Shown one piece after another: positions 39,181 to 48,574 of a stretch of DNA of 58,074 bases. The translations under genes and the position numbers were made by a program. The stretch comes from a virus (lineage: Duplodnaviria; Caudoviricetes): positions 1 to 58,074 of the IMG/VR virus record IMGVR_UViG_3300020727_000860; one strand, given 5' to 3'. The notes beneath the pieces were generated by a model. The model was not told the origin of the DNA. It made no database searches and saw only the letters and a list, made by a program, of their open reading frames with translations. The stretch's first letter is position 1; each line of letters starts with the position of its first letter.

Positions 39181-39533
39181 TTTATTATTTTATTTATCTT
39201 GTTGTCTATTAGTAATGATTTTATATATTTTAAATTTTCATCATCATATGGTAAAACTTCAAATCTTTTAAATTCCTCAGTATCAGATACACAACTTGAA
39301 ATATAACAACCATCTTGAAAATTATTTTTAAGTTTTTGTTCTTGTAAAAAAATATAAAATTCTACGGATTTATCATCTATTAAAAGATTTTTTTTCTTCC
39401 AATCAACCATTTTATCTGCTATATACCAATGTGTATAATCTAAACGATAAGGATTTAACGAAAATAAAATATTATCTATCTTATCATACCATAAATTACC
39501 TAACAAAGATACATAGAAAAATTTAGACCACAT
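39177..39533 (-). CDS. hypothetical protein
   Basis: 118 aa ending IDNKINKIIK. Confidence 0.55.
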   Translation of the reverse strand: MWSKFFYVSLLGNLWYDKIDNILFSLNPYRLDYTHWYIADKMVDWKKKNLLIDDKSVEFYIFLQEQKLKNNFQDGCYISSCVSDTEEFKRFEVLPYDDENLKYIKSLLIDNKINKIIK

Positions 39534-39573
39534 ATTATTTTTTAAATATGGTTTAAAATTTCAAATAAATTAT

Positions 39574-40281
39574 TTATATCATCTTTTTCCATAAAGAAGA
39601 AAATGTATTCTTTCCATAAATACAATTCATGTCCGAGCGTTCCAAAATTGAATGTATATTATTAATATCAACATCATAATACAAAGGAGATGATGACGGT
39701 CCAGAAAGATCAACTAACAAAGTTAACAACCCATCCTTATTAGTTTTATTAACCATATTTTTAATAATTTCAATTTGTTGATCTTGATTAAAATATTGCA
39801 AATTACCGTCGGATATAATTAAATCATAATTATCCTTAATCAAGCAAGAATCATCTAATGTTAATAAGTTAATATCCAGATTGTATTTATTTTTTCTCCA
39901 CTCTACAAATCTTAATAAATCCGAATTAATATTTGAATATGTTACCTCTGTTGATGGTGATATTTCCTTTAATAAGTCTGATAAGATTCCCAATCCTCCT
40001 AAATGTTCTAAAGCATTTTTATAACTAGAATCTGTAATTAAAGGAATCATTTGCGGTGAAAAAAGTGCAAATTTAGACATCATTATCATCTTATCTATAT
40101 TGAATCCTAATCTAAAACAACCATATGTAATACTTGTAGATCTAGAAAGTAAATCTAAATATTTATTACTATTAGTGGTAACTAATAAATCTTGAAGTAT
40201 TAGATCATCACACTGATTAATTTTGGCATCTAATTCTTCTATACTATATCCTGAATATTCTGAATAATCTTGTTTTAACAT
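39574..40281 (-). CDS. class I methyltransferase-fold protein
   Basis: ALEHLGGLGI, YDLIISDG.LQY, TNKDGLL. Confidence 0.55.
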   Translation of the reverse strand: MLKQDYSEYSGYSIEELDAKINQCDDLILQDLLVTTNSNKYLDLLSRSTSITYGCFRLGFNIDKMIMMSKFALFSPQMIPLITDSSYKNALEHLGGLGILSDLLKEISPSTEVTYSNINSDLLRFVEWRKNKYNLDINLLTLDDSCLIKDNYDLIISDGNLQYFNQDQQIEIIKNMVNKTNKDGLLTLLVDLSGPSSSPLYYDVDINNIHSILERSDMNCIYGKNTFSSLWKKMI

Positions 40282-40289
40282 TATATAAT

Positions 40290-40835
40290 TTATTTTTTTG
40301 GTGAAACAGCTCTTACTGAAAATTTACCTCTATTTTGCGAAATATAATTCACACCGATAATTGTTTTAGCATCTCGAAATCTAGTTGATAAAACTTCATT
40401 TAAATCCATTTCAACTATTTCTAAATCCTCGCCTTCCAATCCGCCTCCTTCATGTATTTTCTCAGATACTTCACAATAATATATTGTAATTACTTCTGTA
40501 GTGCCTCCAGGTGACATATAACACTCATCAATTAGTTTGATAGAATCTGTTTTATACCCAACTTCTTCATCAATTTCTCTCATCATACATTCTCTTGGAT
40601 CTTCACCTGGAACGTCTAGTGTTCCAGCTACCAATTCTAGTAATTCTGAATTACTACCAGGTCTCCATTGACTTACAAAAATAAATTTTTGTTTTACAGT
40701 GTCATAAACCACGCCTGCAACAGCGTCTTTTCTAACAACTACTTCTCGTTTAACATTTTTCCCACTTTTAGTTTTAAGTGTTAATTCATCTACAGTAAAG
40801 TAACCCTTATATTTAGTTTGTCTATTTGATACCAT
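40290..40835 (-). CDS. Nudix hydrolase, ADP-ribose pyrophosphatase-like
   Basis: ELVAG...GE...CMMREIDEEVG, SPGGTTE, DAKTI. Confidence 0.85.
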   Translation of the reverse strand: MVSNRQTKYKGYFTVDELTLKTKSGKNVKREVVVRKDAVAGVVYDTVKQKFIFVSQWRPGSNSELLELVAGTLDVPGEDPRECMMREIDEEVGYKTDSIKLIDECYMSPGGTTEVITIYYCEVSEKIHEGGGLEGEDLEIVEMDLNEVLSTRFRDAKTIIGVNYISQNRGKFSVRAVSPKK

Positions 40836-40836
40836 A

Positions 40837-41208
40837 TTAATTAATTATTTTTTCTTTATAATATTTTTCTAACATATCACACTCTTTAAGAGTATTATTT
40901 ATTTCATCTAACAGATCATTTTGTCTTTGATGTCCATCATATTTATCTAATATCCAATCAACAAAATCATTCAATTCATTTTTTGATGAACATATAGTAT
41001 CAATTATATTCAAATCATTTGGACCTGATGTGTCAATACCCATATAATCTAATACACCATAAAAGGTTAAAAGTTCAAAGTTGTTATGTTCACCCAATAT
41101 TTTCTTCTCCCATAATTCTAATTCTTTGTTTTTTGAAATAGAATCAAGATTCTTAAAATATTCCAAATAAGACTTCATTTCAATCTCCGATGTGATTTCT
41201 TTTAGCAT
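40837..41208 (-). CDS. hypothetical protein
   Basis: 123 aa ORF in a tightly packed run. Confidence 0.6.
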   Translation of the reverse strand: MLKEITSEIEMKSYLEYFKNLDSISKNKELELWEKKILGEHNNFELLTFYGVLDYMGIDTSGPNDLNIIDTICSSKNELNDFVDWILDKYDGHQRQNDLLDEINNTLKECDMLEKYYKEKIIN

Positions 41209-41912
41209 ATTCCTATTATTTTAACTTTATCCAATTCTGTTGTTGTCAATCTATGATAACCATCTATAACTCTCCACTTATTACCATCTTTAAGACAAAT
41301 ACCTTTAATCAAGCCATAACTTTTATCTTCATAAAATTTTAAGTCTTTAACTTGAACTTTACCTTTATGATCGACTTGACCAAAAACAATATCAGATTTA
41401 TCCACAATTTTTAAATTGTAATCTTTATTTTTCAACTTATCTAAAACAAAACCATATTCCTTATTTAATAAAAACTGAATTTTGTCTTTTATTGCACCCA
41501 AATGAATACATTCTTCTATATCAGCACTAACTTTCTTATACAAAGGATCACAAATCTCAATCGAATAAAGTTCATCACCATAATAATCAGAACCCCAAGA
41601 TGGACTCCAACACTCCGGATCATATAGTTTGTTAAACCTCAATATCCTATCAATACAATATTTATCAATATCATAGTTATGACCATAAAGAATTTGACTT
41701 AATTTAGAATCTCTTTTGAATTGAATGGATCTAATATCAAATAGTTGTTCAAAAATATCTTGAACAATATTATTAATATCTACATTGATAATATCAACAC
41801 TCTCAATTCTAAAGCATCGACAAATACCTTCATCATTGCAACCATGATTTTCACAATCATGATTGCCTATGGTGTGGTAATCTATATAATATTTATAATC
41901 TTTGTTGATCAT
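41202..41912 (-). CDS. hypothetical protein with C-terminal ParB-like motif
   Basis: VIDGYHRL; N-terminal Cys cluster (C...GC..EGICRC). Confidence 0.55.
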   Translation of the reverse strand: MINKDYKYYIDYHTIGNHDCENHGCNDEGICRCFRIESVDIINVDINNIVQDIFEQLFDIRSIQFKRDSKLSQILYGHNYDIDKYCIDRILRFNKLYDPECWSPSWGSDYYGDELYSIEICDPLYKKVSADIEECIHLGAIKDKIQFLLNKEYGFVLDKLKNKDYNLKIVDKSDIVFGQVDHKGKVQVKDLKFYEDKSYGLIKGICLKDGNKWRVIDGYHRLTTTELDKVKIIGIC

Positions 41913-42232
41913 CTTTTGGGTTTTATTTTTACATATTTATCATTACTCAACTTGCATAATCCATAAAAATCCTTTTCTTTTAAGGAATTATAAACTTTTA
42001 ATAAAGTTGATCCTTTCATAAAATACCAATCACTTACAAATTTCTCATCTGAGTAATGAATAAAAGGAGTTCGAACATACAAAATACCATCAATAGGAGT
42101 ATTAAAATGTAGTGATTCTATATCATAACTTTTTCTATACTCACGAATAAGCGAGGATATTTTACTAGAAATTATTCTTTTAATATCCAATTTCGGATAG
42201 GTTAAATAACGATCTTTTAAAACAATAGTCAT
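41909..42232 (-). CDS. hypothetical protein
   Basis: 107 aa, overlaps neighbour. Confidence 0.6.
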   Translation of the reverse strand: MTIVLKDRYLTYPKLDIKRIISSKISSLIREYRKSYDIESLHFNTPIDGILYVRTPFIHYSDEKFVSDWYFMKGSTLLKVYNSLKEKDFYGLCKLSNDKYVKIKPKR

Positions 42233-42233
42233 A

Positions 42234-42683
42234 CTACACTCTCTTTAAAAACTCTTTATCAATAGGGCGAAGTGAATTAATACCATCAGAATTTATACGA
42301 TCTAATATTGAATCTAAATTCAGATTTTCCAATATCCAAGAATTTAATTCAAATATAAAATTATCATAATCTTGCACATTAGACATATCACAAAATTTAA
42401 CTAATTCAGATTCAAGATCTAACAAATTATCTAAAACACTTTCACTAACATCCTCACAAAAGTACGGAATTAAATTGATATTAAGGATATTCCTATAAAA
42501 TGCAATTTCTTTAGGTTGTATTATCATATAAACAAAATGTTTAAATTGAGAATCAAAGTGAAAAGCAGATAATACATCGATTGAAGATAACCTTTGCTTA
42601 TCTAAATCTGATAATGAACTATAAATACTATCTAGGTATAGTAAGTCAGACTGAAACTGGAGTTTATAAATTCTATAGTTCAT
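42234..42683 (-). CDS. hypothetical protein
   Basis: C-terminal LDSILDRI..DGINSL...DKEFL (DUF6576-like); TAATATATA upstream. Confidence 0.6.
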   Translation of the reverse strand: MNYRIYKLQFQSDLLYLDSIYSSLSDLDKQRLSSIDVLSAFHFDSQFKHFVYMIIQPKEIAFYRNILNINLIPYFCEDVSESVLDNLLDLESELVKFCDMSNVQDYDNFIFELNSWILENLNLDSILDRINSDGINSLRPIDKEFLKRV

Positions 42684-42759
42684 AAAAATATATATTAGTG
42701 TATGAATTTATAATTTTATATATATCATGATGTTACTTTTTTTTAAATAACTTATACCC

Positions 42760-42990
42760 ATGCAGACTATTATAAGTATTAAATTTGACATCTTAAACCT
42801 CCCAGTAATATTGACACGCAAAAACTATTCTAAATTTTTAGATCCTGATTTAAAATTATCAAAACTCTTAAAATTAGATGTTTCATATCTGGAAAATTTT
42901 GATTTTTTTGATGGTTTAAAACCTCAAACTTTTGACATATCTTTTTCAAAGAAGAACAAAGTAAAAGTGAAATTAGAAATAATAAATTAG
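42760..42990 (+). CDS. hypothetical protein
   Basis: 76 aa ORF filling the divergent gap. Confidence 0.45.
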   Translation: MQTIISIKFDILNLPVILTRKNYSKFLDPDLKLSKLLKLDVSYLENFDFFDGLKPQTFDISFSKKNKVKVKLEIIN

Positions 42991-42995
42991 ATGAT

Positions 42996-43214
42996 TTAGG
43001 AATCTAATAATTTGTTAATTGTATTTATTCTTTTCCTGATTATTTCATATTCATCTTCATCTATAACATCATTTTCACTTACTATAACATCGTATTTTAA
43101 TTTATTAAATTCATAAAAAGCGACTAAGTAATTACCATTAGGGAGTTGCTTAACTATCTGTGCTAATTTCATATTTTTTCTAAGTAATACTTTCTGATCT
43201 GTGTAATATCTCAT
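42996..43214 (-). CDS. hypothetical protein
   Basis: 72 aa ending RINTINKLLDS. Confidence 0.55.
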   Translation of the reverse strand: MRYYTDQKVLLRKNMKLAQIVKQLPNGNYLVAFYEFNKLKYDVIVSENDVIDEDEYEIIRKRINTINKLLDS

Positions 43215-44017
43215 CTATTATTATATCTTTTATATAACCACCCTATAAAAGGAATTATTATAACAGATATAATCCATTGCCAATATAATTTTAAAAAATC
43301 GGTAATTGTATATACTATATTAGACTTAACATAGACTACATCTGTATAAACAACATCTTTTCTATCACCATCCTCAATAATTGCTACTGATATATAGAGT
43401 TTTAAGTTACCACTTTTTATAGGAGTTACATCATATATCCACTCTGTATGTGAGTCACCTATTAATTGAATTGAATCTGTGCCTCTAACTATTGAGAATG
43501 ACCTACCATTCGTTGATGGATCTACTAATAAAACCATCATTTTACGAGTTGTCTTAATAACTGTATCTATTTTTCCATTTGGCATACCAACATGTATCTT
43601 CTTATCTGTAGTATCTCTAGATATTCTAATTTTAATAGTATATGTCTTTTTAAGATTCATTGTATCGGGTATTTTATACAATAATCTACCTGGTCTTATT
43701 TCACTATTATTAGAACTTTTTACTTTTTTTGGTACATCTGTAATCCTTTTAGATTTAGTCTTATTTGGAACAACATTTTTTTCCATCCTTTTTTTTTCAT
43801 AATTAGGAAAAGCACTTCCCTCACCCGAATCCATGGCTACCATTGATTGTACTTTAGTTGGTTCAGGTGGTTGCTCAGGATATAAAGAACTGTCATTTTG
43901 CTCATATATAGAACCAACCTTACTTGCAACTTTAGTTGGTTTAATATCAGGTGTTTTACTAGGCATCTTAACACATGACATCATAAATAAAACAAAAAAT
44001 AATAATATATATCTCAT
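43211..44017 (-). CDS. putative lipoprotein with C-terminal transmembrane helix
   Basis: Signal peptide ending MMSC; WQWIISVIIIPFIGWLYKR at the C-terminus. Confidence 0.6.
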   Translation of the reverse strand: MRYILLFFVLFMMSCVKMPSKTPDIKPTKVASKVGSIYEQNDSSLYPEQPPEPTKVQSMVAMDSGEGSAFPNYEKKRMEKNVVPNKTKSKRITDVPKKVKSSNNSEIRPGRLLYKIPDTMNLKKTYTIKIRISRDTTDKKIHVGMPNGKIDTVIKTTRKMMVLLVDPSTNGRSFSIVRGTDSIQLIGDSHTEWIYDVTPIKSGNLKLYISVAIIEDGDRKDVVYTDVVYVKSNIVYTITDFLKLYWQWIISVIIIPFIGWLYKRYNNR

Positions 44018-44030
44018 AACGCTTTATTTT

Positions 44031-45452
44031 TTAAGCAATTACACACCATCTAACGACTGAACCATCATATATATTCAACGCTCCCTCATCACCTAATGAT
44101 TTTATTATAAAAGAAGTATTATTTACTATATCATTATTAGCAGCTGATAAATTACCCAAAACACCACGCCCTGTTTCATATGTTAATATAATTGAAATAC
44201 AATTTGTTGTTACTATAGATGATGATACCACAACCTGACCAGATATTAATGTTGCTAAACCACTATCCAGCATTATAGACTGTCCTTGTGGACCCTGAAA
44301 TCCTTGAACACCATCATTGCCCTGTGTACCATCATTACCCTGAGAGCCCTGGACACCATCTGATCCAATTCCATCATTTCCCTGAAACCCTTGAACACCA
44401 TCACTTCCTTGAAATCCTTGATTACCATCATTTCCTTGGGGTCCTTGAACACCATCACTTCCTTGAAATCCTTGAGCACCATCATTTCCTTGAAATCCTT
44501 GAGCACCATCATTTCCTTGAGGTCCTCCAGGTTGTCCATCATTTCCTTGAAATCCTTGACTACCATCTATACCTTGAAATCCTTGATTACCATCATTTCC
44601 CTGAGGTCCTTGAGCACCATCATTTCCTTGAAATCCTTGAACACCATCATTTCCCTGAGGTCCTTGAGCACCATCATTTCCTTGAAATCCTTGAACACCA
44701 TCATTTCCCTGAGGTCCTTGAACACCATCATTTCCTTGAGGTCCTTGAGCACCATCATTTCCTTGAGGTCCTCCAGGTTGTCCATCATTTCCTTGAAATC
44801 CTTGAGCACCATCATTTCCTTGAAACCCTTGATCACCATCTATACCTTGAAACCCTTGATCACCATCATTTCCTTGAAATCCTTGAACACCATCTATACC
44901 TTGAAATCCTTGAACACCATCTATACCTTGAAATCCTTGAGCACCATCATTTCCTTGAAATCCTTGAACACCATTCATTCCATTATTTCCTTGAAATCCT
45001 TGACTACCATCTATACCTTGAAATCCTTGAACACCATCCATTCCATCATTACCTTGTAGACCCTGCAGTCCGTATCCTTGAAATCCTTGCATTCCACTAC
45101 CACCACTACCTGGGCCTTGAAATCCTTGAGCACCATACCCAGTTATACCTACAACACTATTTACATAGTTTTCTATTTGTTTATCAATTATCACAGGATT
45201 TTTTGATCTTAATACAGATAGATGTTCTTCGAATATTGTTAAAGCCATCTGTGCATCAGTTGGGCTTGGAAAATCTAGTTGTATATCACTAAAAACCTTA
45301 GTGGAAATTCTCATTAAATTATTATAAGCCTGTGTATTTATGATTGAAAAAGAATTGATAGTATATTGAATAACACCATTTGTGTCTAATATTTGTATAT
45401 TGACATCTGTTGATGATACTGGTCTTAAAAAGGTTTTGTAACTATATGACAT
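44031..45452 (-). CDS. collagen-like (Gly-X-Y) virion fibre protein
   Basis: Long G-x-Q/G-N-D triplet tract between globular domains. Confidence 0.8.
   Translation of the reverse strand: MSYSYKTFLRPVSSTDVNIQILDTNGVIQYTINSFSIINTQAYNNLMRISTKVFSDIQLDFPSPTDAQMALTIFEEHLSVLRSKNPVIIDKQIENYVNSVVGITGYGAQGFQGPGSGGSGMQGFQGYGLQGLQGNDGMDGVQGFQGIDGSQGFQGNNGMNGVQGFQGNDGAQGFQGIDGVQGFQGIDGVQGFQGNDGDQGFQGIDGDQGFQGNDGAQGFQGNDGQPGGPQGNDGAQGPQGNDGVQGPQGNDGVQGFQGNDGAQGPQGNDGVQGFQGNDGAQGPQGNDGNQGFQGIDGSQGFQGNDGQPGGPQGNDGAQGFQGNDGAQGFQGSDGVQGPQGNDGNQGFQGSDGVQGFQGNDGIGSDGVQGSQGNDGTQGNDGVQGFQGPQGQSIMLDSGLATLISGQVVVSSSIVTTNCISIILTYETGRGVLGNLSAANNDIVNNTSFIIKSLGDEGALNIYDGSVVRWCVIA
44287..45130. repeat. 27-bp-period tandem repeats encoding GAQGFQGND-type units
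   Basis: Degenerate CCTTGAAATCCTTGAGCACCATCATTT units on the plus strand. Confidence 0.85.
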
Positions 45453-45470
45453 TTATCATTTTATTATTTT

Positions 45471-46655
45471 TTAGCTTGTTATATTAAGATCGACCATTGC
45501 ATATACGCAATTTTGCGCAATATCTTTTAAATTAAATGACATTACATATGATCCAGTAGCTGTTATCATTCCTATATCTGTTACTGATGACATTGTACAT
45601 GACATAGTTCCAGATGCAGTTGCACTACTGATAAGTAAATTGACATCAGGAATTATATTGATAACACCATCTCTGTTATCAACAACATTATTAATTAATA
45701 ATGAACTTAATGTCGGTTTATCTATAACACTACCAGATAAACCAAATTGTGACAATGATATTGAAGTTGAGAATGTTACACCATAACTAGTATCGTATGG
45801 AACACCTGATGTGGCTCCATTAAATGATATATAATTACCAGAAAAAGTATTACCAACATTACTCCAGAAATAAACCACCGGTGAAACCGAGTCAGCAACT
45901 GGGTTTAACGTATTTATATTGACATTAGGATTATTAATTACATAATTTAATAGAGATTGAGCTTGATAAGCATCATATTCTGTTACAAATTGTAGGAAAA
46001 TAGTACCAATACTAACATCATTTATTATTAAAATGTTTCCTGTTTTTTGTATAGAATTTATACTACTTAATTGTATATAAATTAAAGGTAAAGGAGTTAG
46101 ACGTTTGTCATATATAACGATAGATTCACCGACAACATATGTTTTAATATCAGTGTAATTTAAGTTAACAAATGTAGTACCTGTTTGATTTAAAGTATCT
46201 GTAAATGGTGCATATGTTTCATCAATAGAAGCCATCATAACATCCAATGTTACATTATATTTAGAATTTGGATTAGTCATGTAAATTTGTTTAATTCTAT
46301 GTGTAGAATTACCAGTTAACAACATTAGATTATCCATATAGTTCACTGTTGTTAAACTATCATAAAAAGACCATTGAACATAATTATCCTCTTCTATTGT
46401 AGAATTTGGATCATAGGTCGCTCTAATTAGAACAAATGTCGCACTATCACCAACACCTGATAGATTAAGTAAGTAGTTTACTTGGCCTGCCTTAAGCACG
46501 ACCCTACTTTTAACTATTTGATCATAAGGAATTTTAAGATCATTTGTAATTAATTTTTCTACAGTGTTAGCTCCCTCAATAGCCACGAAATCACCACCTA
46601 ATATTCTAATATATTGACTACTAGCACCAAATATTGTTGTACCGCATGCTGCCAT
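45471..46655 (-). CDS. probable virion structural protein
   Basis: 394 aa T/S/N/V-rich ORF upstream of the collagen-like gene. Confidence 0.5.
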   Translation of the reverse strand: MAACGTTIFGASSQYIRILGGDFVAIEGANTVEKLITNDLKIPYDQIVKSRVVLKAGQVNYLLNLSGVGDSATFVLIRATYDPNSTIEEDNYVQWSFYDSLTTVNYMDNLMLLTGNSTHRIKQIYMTNPNSKYNVTLDVMMASIDETYAPFTDTLNQTGTTFVNLNYTDIKTYVVGESIVIYDKRLTPLPLIYIQLSSINSIQKTGNILIINDVSIGTIFLQFVTEYDAYQAQSLLNYVINNPNVNINTLNPVADSVSPVVYFWSNVGNTFSGNYISFNGATSGVPYDTSYGVTFSTSISLSQFGLSGSVIDKPTLSSLLINNVVDNRDGVINIIPDVNLLISSATASGTMSCTMSSVTDIGMITATGSYVMSFNLKDIAQNCVYAMVDLNITS

Positions 46656-46716
46656 AATTATCTTTAATTTTAATGTATATATTAAAATTCAAAGATTAAA
46701 TTATATTAAACAAAAT

Positions 46717-46860
46717 TTACCAATTCATTCTTCCATCCCACCAACTAACAAATTCATCAAATGTAAAATCATAACTCTCATAGTTGGTATAACCCCAACC
46801 AATATCATTATAGCATAAGTTTACCCTATCACCATCTATGTATAAAGTATCATAAGTGAA
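46717..46860 (-). pseudogene. 3' remnant of a gene truncated at the mini-element left end
   Basis: Open frame FTYDTLYIDGDRVNLCY...WWDGRMNW* running into the element with no start codon in this segment. Confidence 0.4.
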
Positions 46861-47141
46861 AACCAAAGAAAACACAGAAGTCTTTAGCTTCTGTGATTTT
46901 GGTAATTATTCACTAAATTCAATTAAAGGAAAGAGTCTATATTAAATATATAATATGTTAGGAAATTAAAAAATTCTAGCATCGGCAGGGACTGTCGATT
47001 ACAGGTATGGAGCAAAAATAAGACCTGATTAGCTAACTAATTAAAATTGGCACACTAACTGAAGGCAAAAGCAATGAATCATCTAAAAAGAAGGAGCTTG
47101 TCTCCCGAAACTTATCGGTCTTTAGTCGATAAGTAGTTCAT
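46857..47141 (+). mobile_element. Non-autonomous IS200/IS605 mini-element (type A)
   Basis: Near-identical to 4724-5012 with a few substitutions. Confidence 0.85.
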
Positions 47142-47147
47142 TTTTAG

Positions 47148-47218
47148 TTCTCTTATCTCGGATCGAACGAGAATCAATAGGGCCAGAACCTATCGTGTTA
47201 CCATTACACCATAAGAGA
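47148..47218 (-). tRNA. tRNA-Gln(CTG)
   Basis: Acceptor TCTCTTA/TAAGAGA; anticodon arm ATAGG-TTCTGGC-CCTAT; GTTCGAT T-loop. Confidence 0.9.
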
Positions 47219-47839
47219 TTATTTCTTTATACTATTTCTACCAGCAAATGTAATTAACCCAGCATTACAATTAGGACAAATAATTCTTAAATTTTCTAAT
47301 CTGTTATCATTGTTTACTCCGTTGATATGATCCAAAATCAGTGATATCTTCATCCCATTCCAATTATCATTTTGCCCACATAAGCAACATATATTTCTAA
47401 TCAATCCATTTTTAATAATCCTTTTCTTCAAATTGGTCCTACTAGTTGTTGAGTTTTCAACTAATAGCGAATCTATTGGTTGTCTTACAAAATTTTTCAC
47501 CATATTTTCAAATCTTTCAGATTGAGATTCAAAATGATCTATATTTATATTATACATCTTAATATATTTCCATATTACCTTGTAATTACCACCAGCTTTT
47601 CTCAATATCATAAAATCAAGCACATCTGATATACTTTTTGAATTTTCTACAATTGGCCTTATGTTTTCTTCTAGATATTGATTTTTTATTTTAGTGTATT
47701 TTAATTTTAATAATCTAGCCTTTTTTATTATAGCATTTCTATTTCTACTAATGAACTTTGAGCAATATTCTGGTCCATATTTAGCATAATTTTTTAATAA
47801 AAAATCTTTTTCTTCTGATGTCCATTCTATTGTCTTCAT
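47219..47839 (-). CDS. HNH homing endonuclease
   Basis: C..C...LDHINGVNNDNRLENLRIICPNCN; likely start ATG 47839. Confidence 0.85.
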   Translation of the reverse strand: MKTIEWTSEEKDFLLKNYAKYGPEYCSKFISRNRNAIIKKARLLKLKYTKIKNQYLEENIRPIVENSKSISDVLDFMILRKAGGNYKVIWKYIKMYNINIDHFESQSERFENMVKNFVRQPIDSLLVENSTTSRTNLKKRIIKNGLIRNICCLCGQNDNWNGMKISLILDHINGVNNDNRLENLRIICPNCNAGLITFAGRNSIKK

Positions 47840-47894
47840 GTTACTTTTTATTTTTATATATAAAAATAACGGCAACCCCCTAAACCGGCAATTG

Positions 47895-47966
47895 TTGTCA
47901 CACTAGGACTCGAACCTAGAACTAATGGCTCAAAACCATTCGTAGTTACCATTACACCATGTGACA
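47895..47966 (-). tRNA. tRNA-Gln(TTG)
   Basis: Acceptor TGTCACA/TGTGACA; AATGG-TTTTGAG-CCATT; GTTCGAG. Confidence 0.9.
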
Positions 47967-48395
47967 ATCTAAGTAATGTTCAATTGTTATTCCATCTATT
48001 CTTTCGAAAAAATGAAACTCTCTATGGCAATTAGAACATAGTATTATACATTTATCTATCTCACTTAATATTATATCAAAGCTCTTTCCTCGAAATATTG
48101 AAGATCCTATATTAAAATCCTTTTTATTCCCCTTTAAGTGATGAAAATCTAATAAATATTGCCTCCTTTCTCCACATTTTTTACATCCTTCTATTTTAAT
48201 TTTACTCAATTCATATAGAAGTGATGATTTTTTATCCTTTTTTTGTTTTAGTATACTATCTCTTCTCTTTCTATAAGAGATATTATCTAATATTTTTTTA
48301 CACTCTTTACAAAGTGTAATTTTTCCACTTTTTTTACTCTTACAATTGACAAACTCATTAGAATCCTTTGTCAATTTACATTTTCTACATATCAT
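47952..48395 (-). CDS. HNH endonuclease
   Basis: CRKC..CKEC; CKKCG...LDFHH...KC.ILCSNCHREFH. Confidence 0.85.
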   Translation of the reverse strand: MICRKCKLTKDSNEFVNCKSKKSGKITLCKECKKILDNISYRKRRDSILKQKKDKKSSLLYELSKIKIEGCKKCGERRQYLLDFHHLKGNKKDFNIGSSIFRGKSFDIILSEIDKCIILCSNCHREFHFFERIDGITIEHYLDCHMV

Positions 48396-48420
48396 ATACC
48401 TTATATATTTTTGGTATATA

Positions 48421-48452
48421 TTAAAACGAGAAATTAAAGATTCTCGTTTTAA
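48421..48452. repeat. 12-bp inverted repeat upstream of the HNH gene
   Basis: TTAAAACGAGAA-N8-TTCTCGTTTTAA. Confidence 0.6.
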
Positions 48453-48461
48453 CTCTATAAT

Positions 48462-48495
48462 AAAAAACCCTATTCAAAACAAATTGAATAGGGTT
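48462..48495 (-). terminator. Attenuator terminator after the poly-Gln leader
   Basis: AACCCTATTCAA-TTTGTT-TTGAATAGGGTT followed by T-run on the minus strand. Confidence 0.8.
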
Positions 48496-48520
48496 AAAGT
48501 TTTAGCAATGCAACTCCTCA

Positions 48521-48574
48521 TCAATCTGTCTGATTAATTTGTTGCTGTTGCTGATATACATTATTTCTATTCAT
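48521..48574 (-). promoter_or_regulatory. Putative Gln-sensing leader peptide MNRNNVYQQQQQINQTD
   Basis: CAG CAA CAG CAA CAA run; stop 25 nt before the terminator; in frame with the upstream endonuclease ORF. Confidence 0.7.

Noticed and set aside
44287-45130. Possible CRISPR array
   Set aside because: Contiguous coding repeats with no unique spacers and no cas genes
44273-45292. Long alternative-frame ORFs (His-rich LEHHHF, SLKSL, KEMMV repeats)
   Set aside because: Shadows of the collagen-like repeat in stop-free frames
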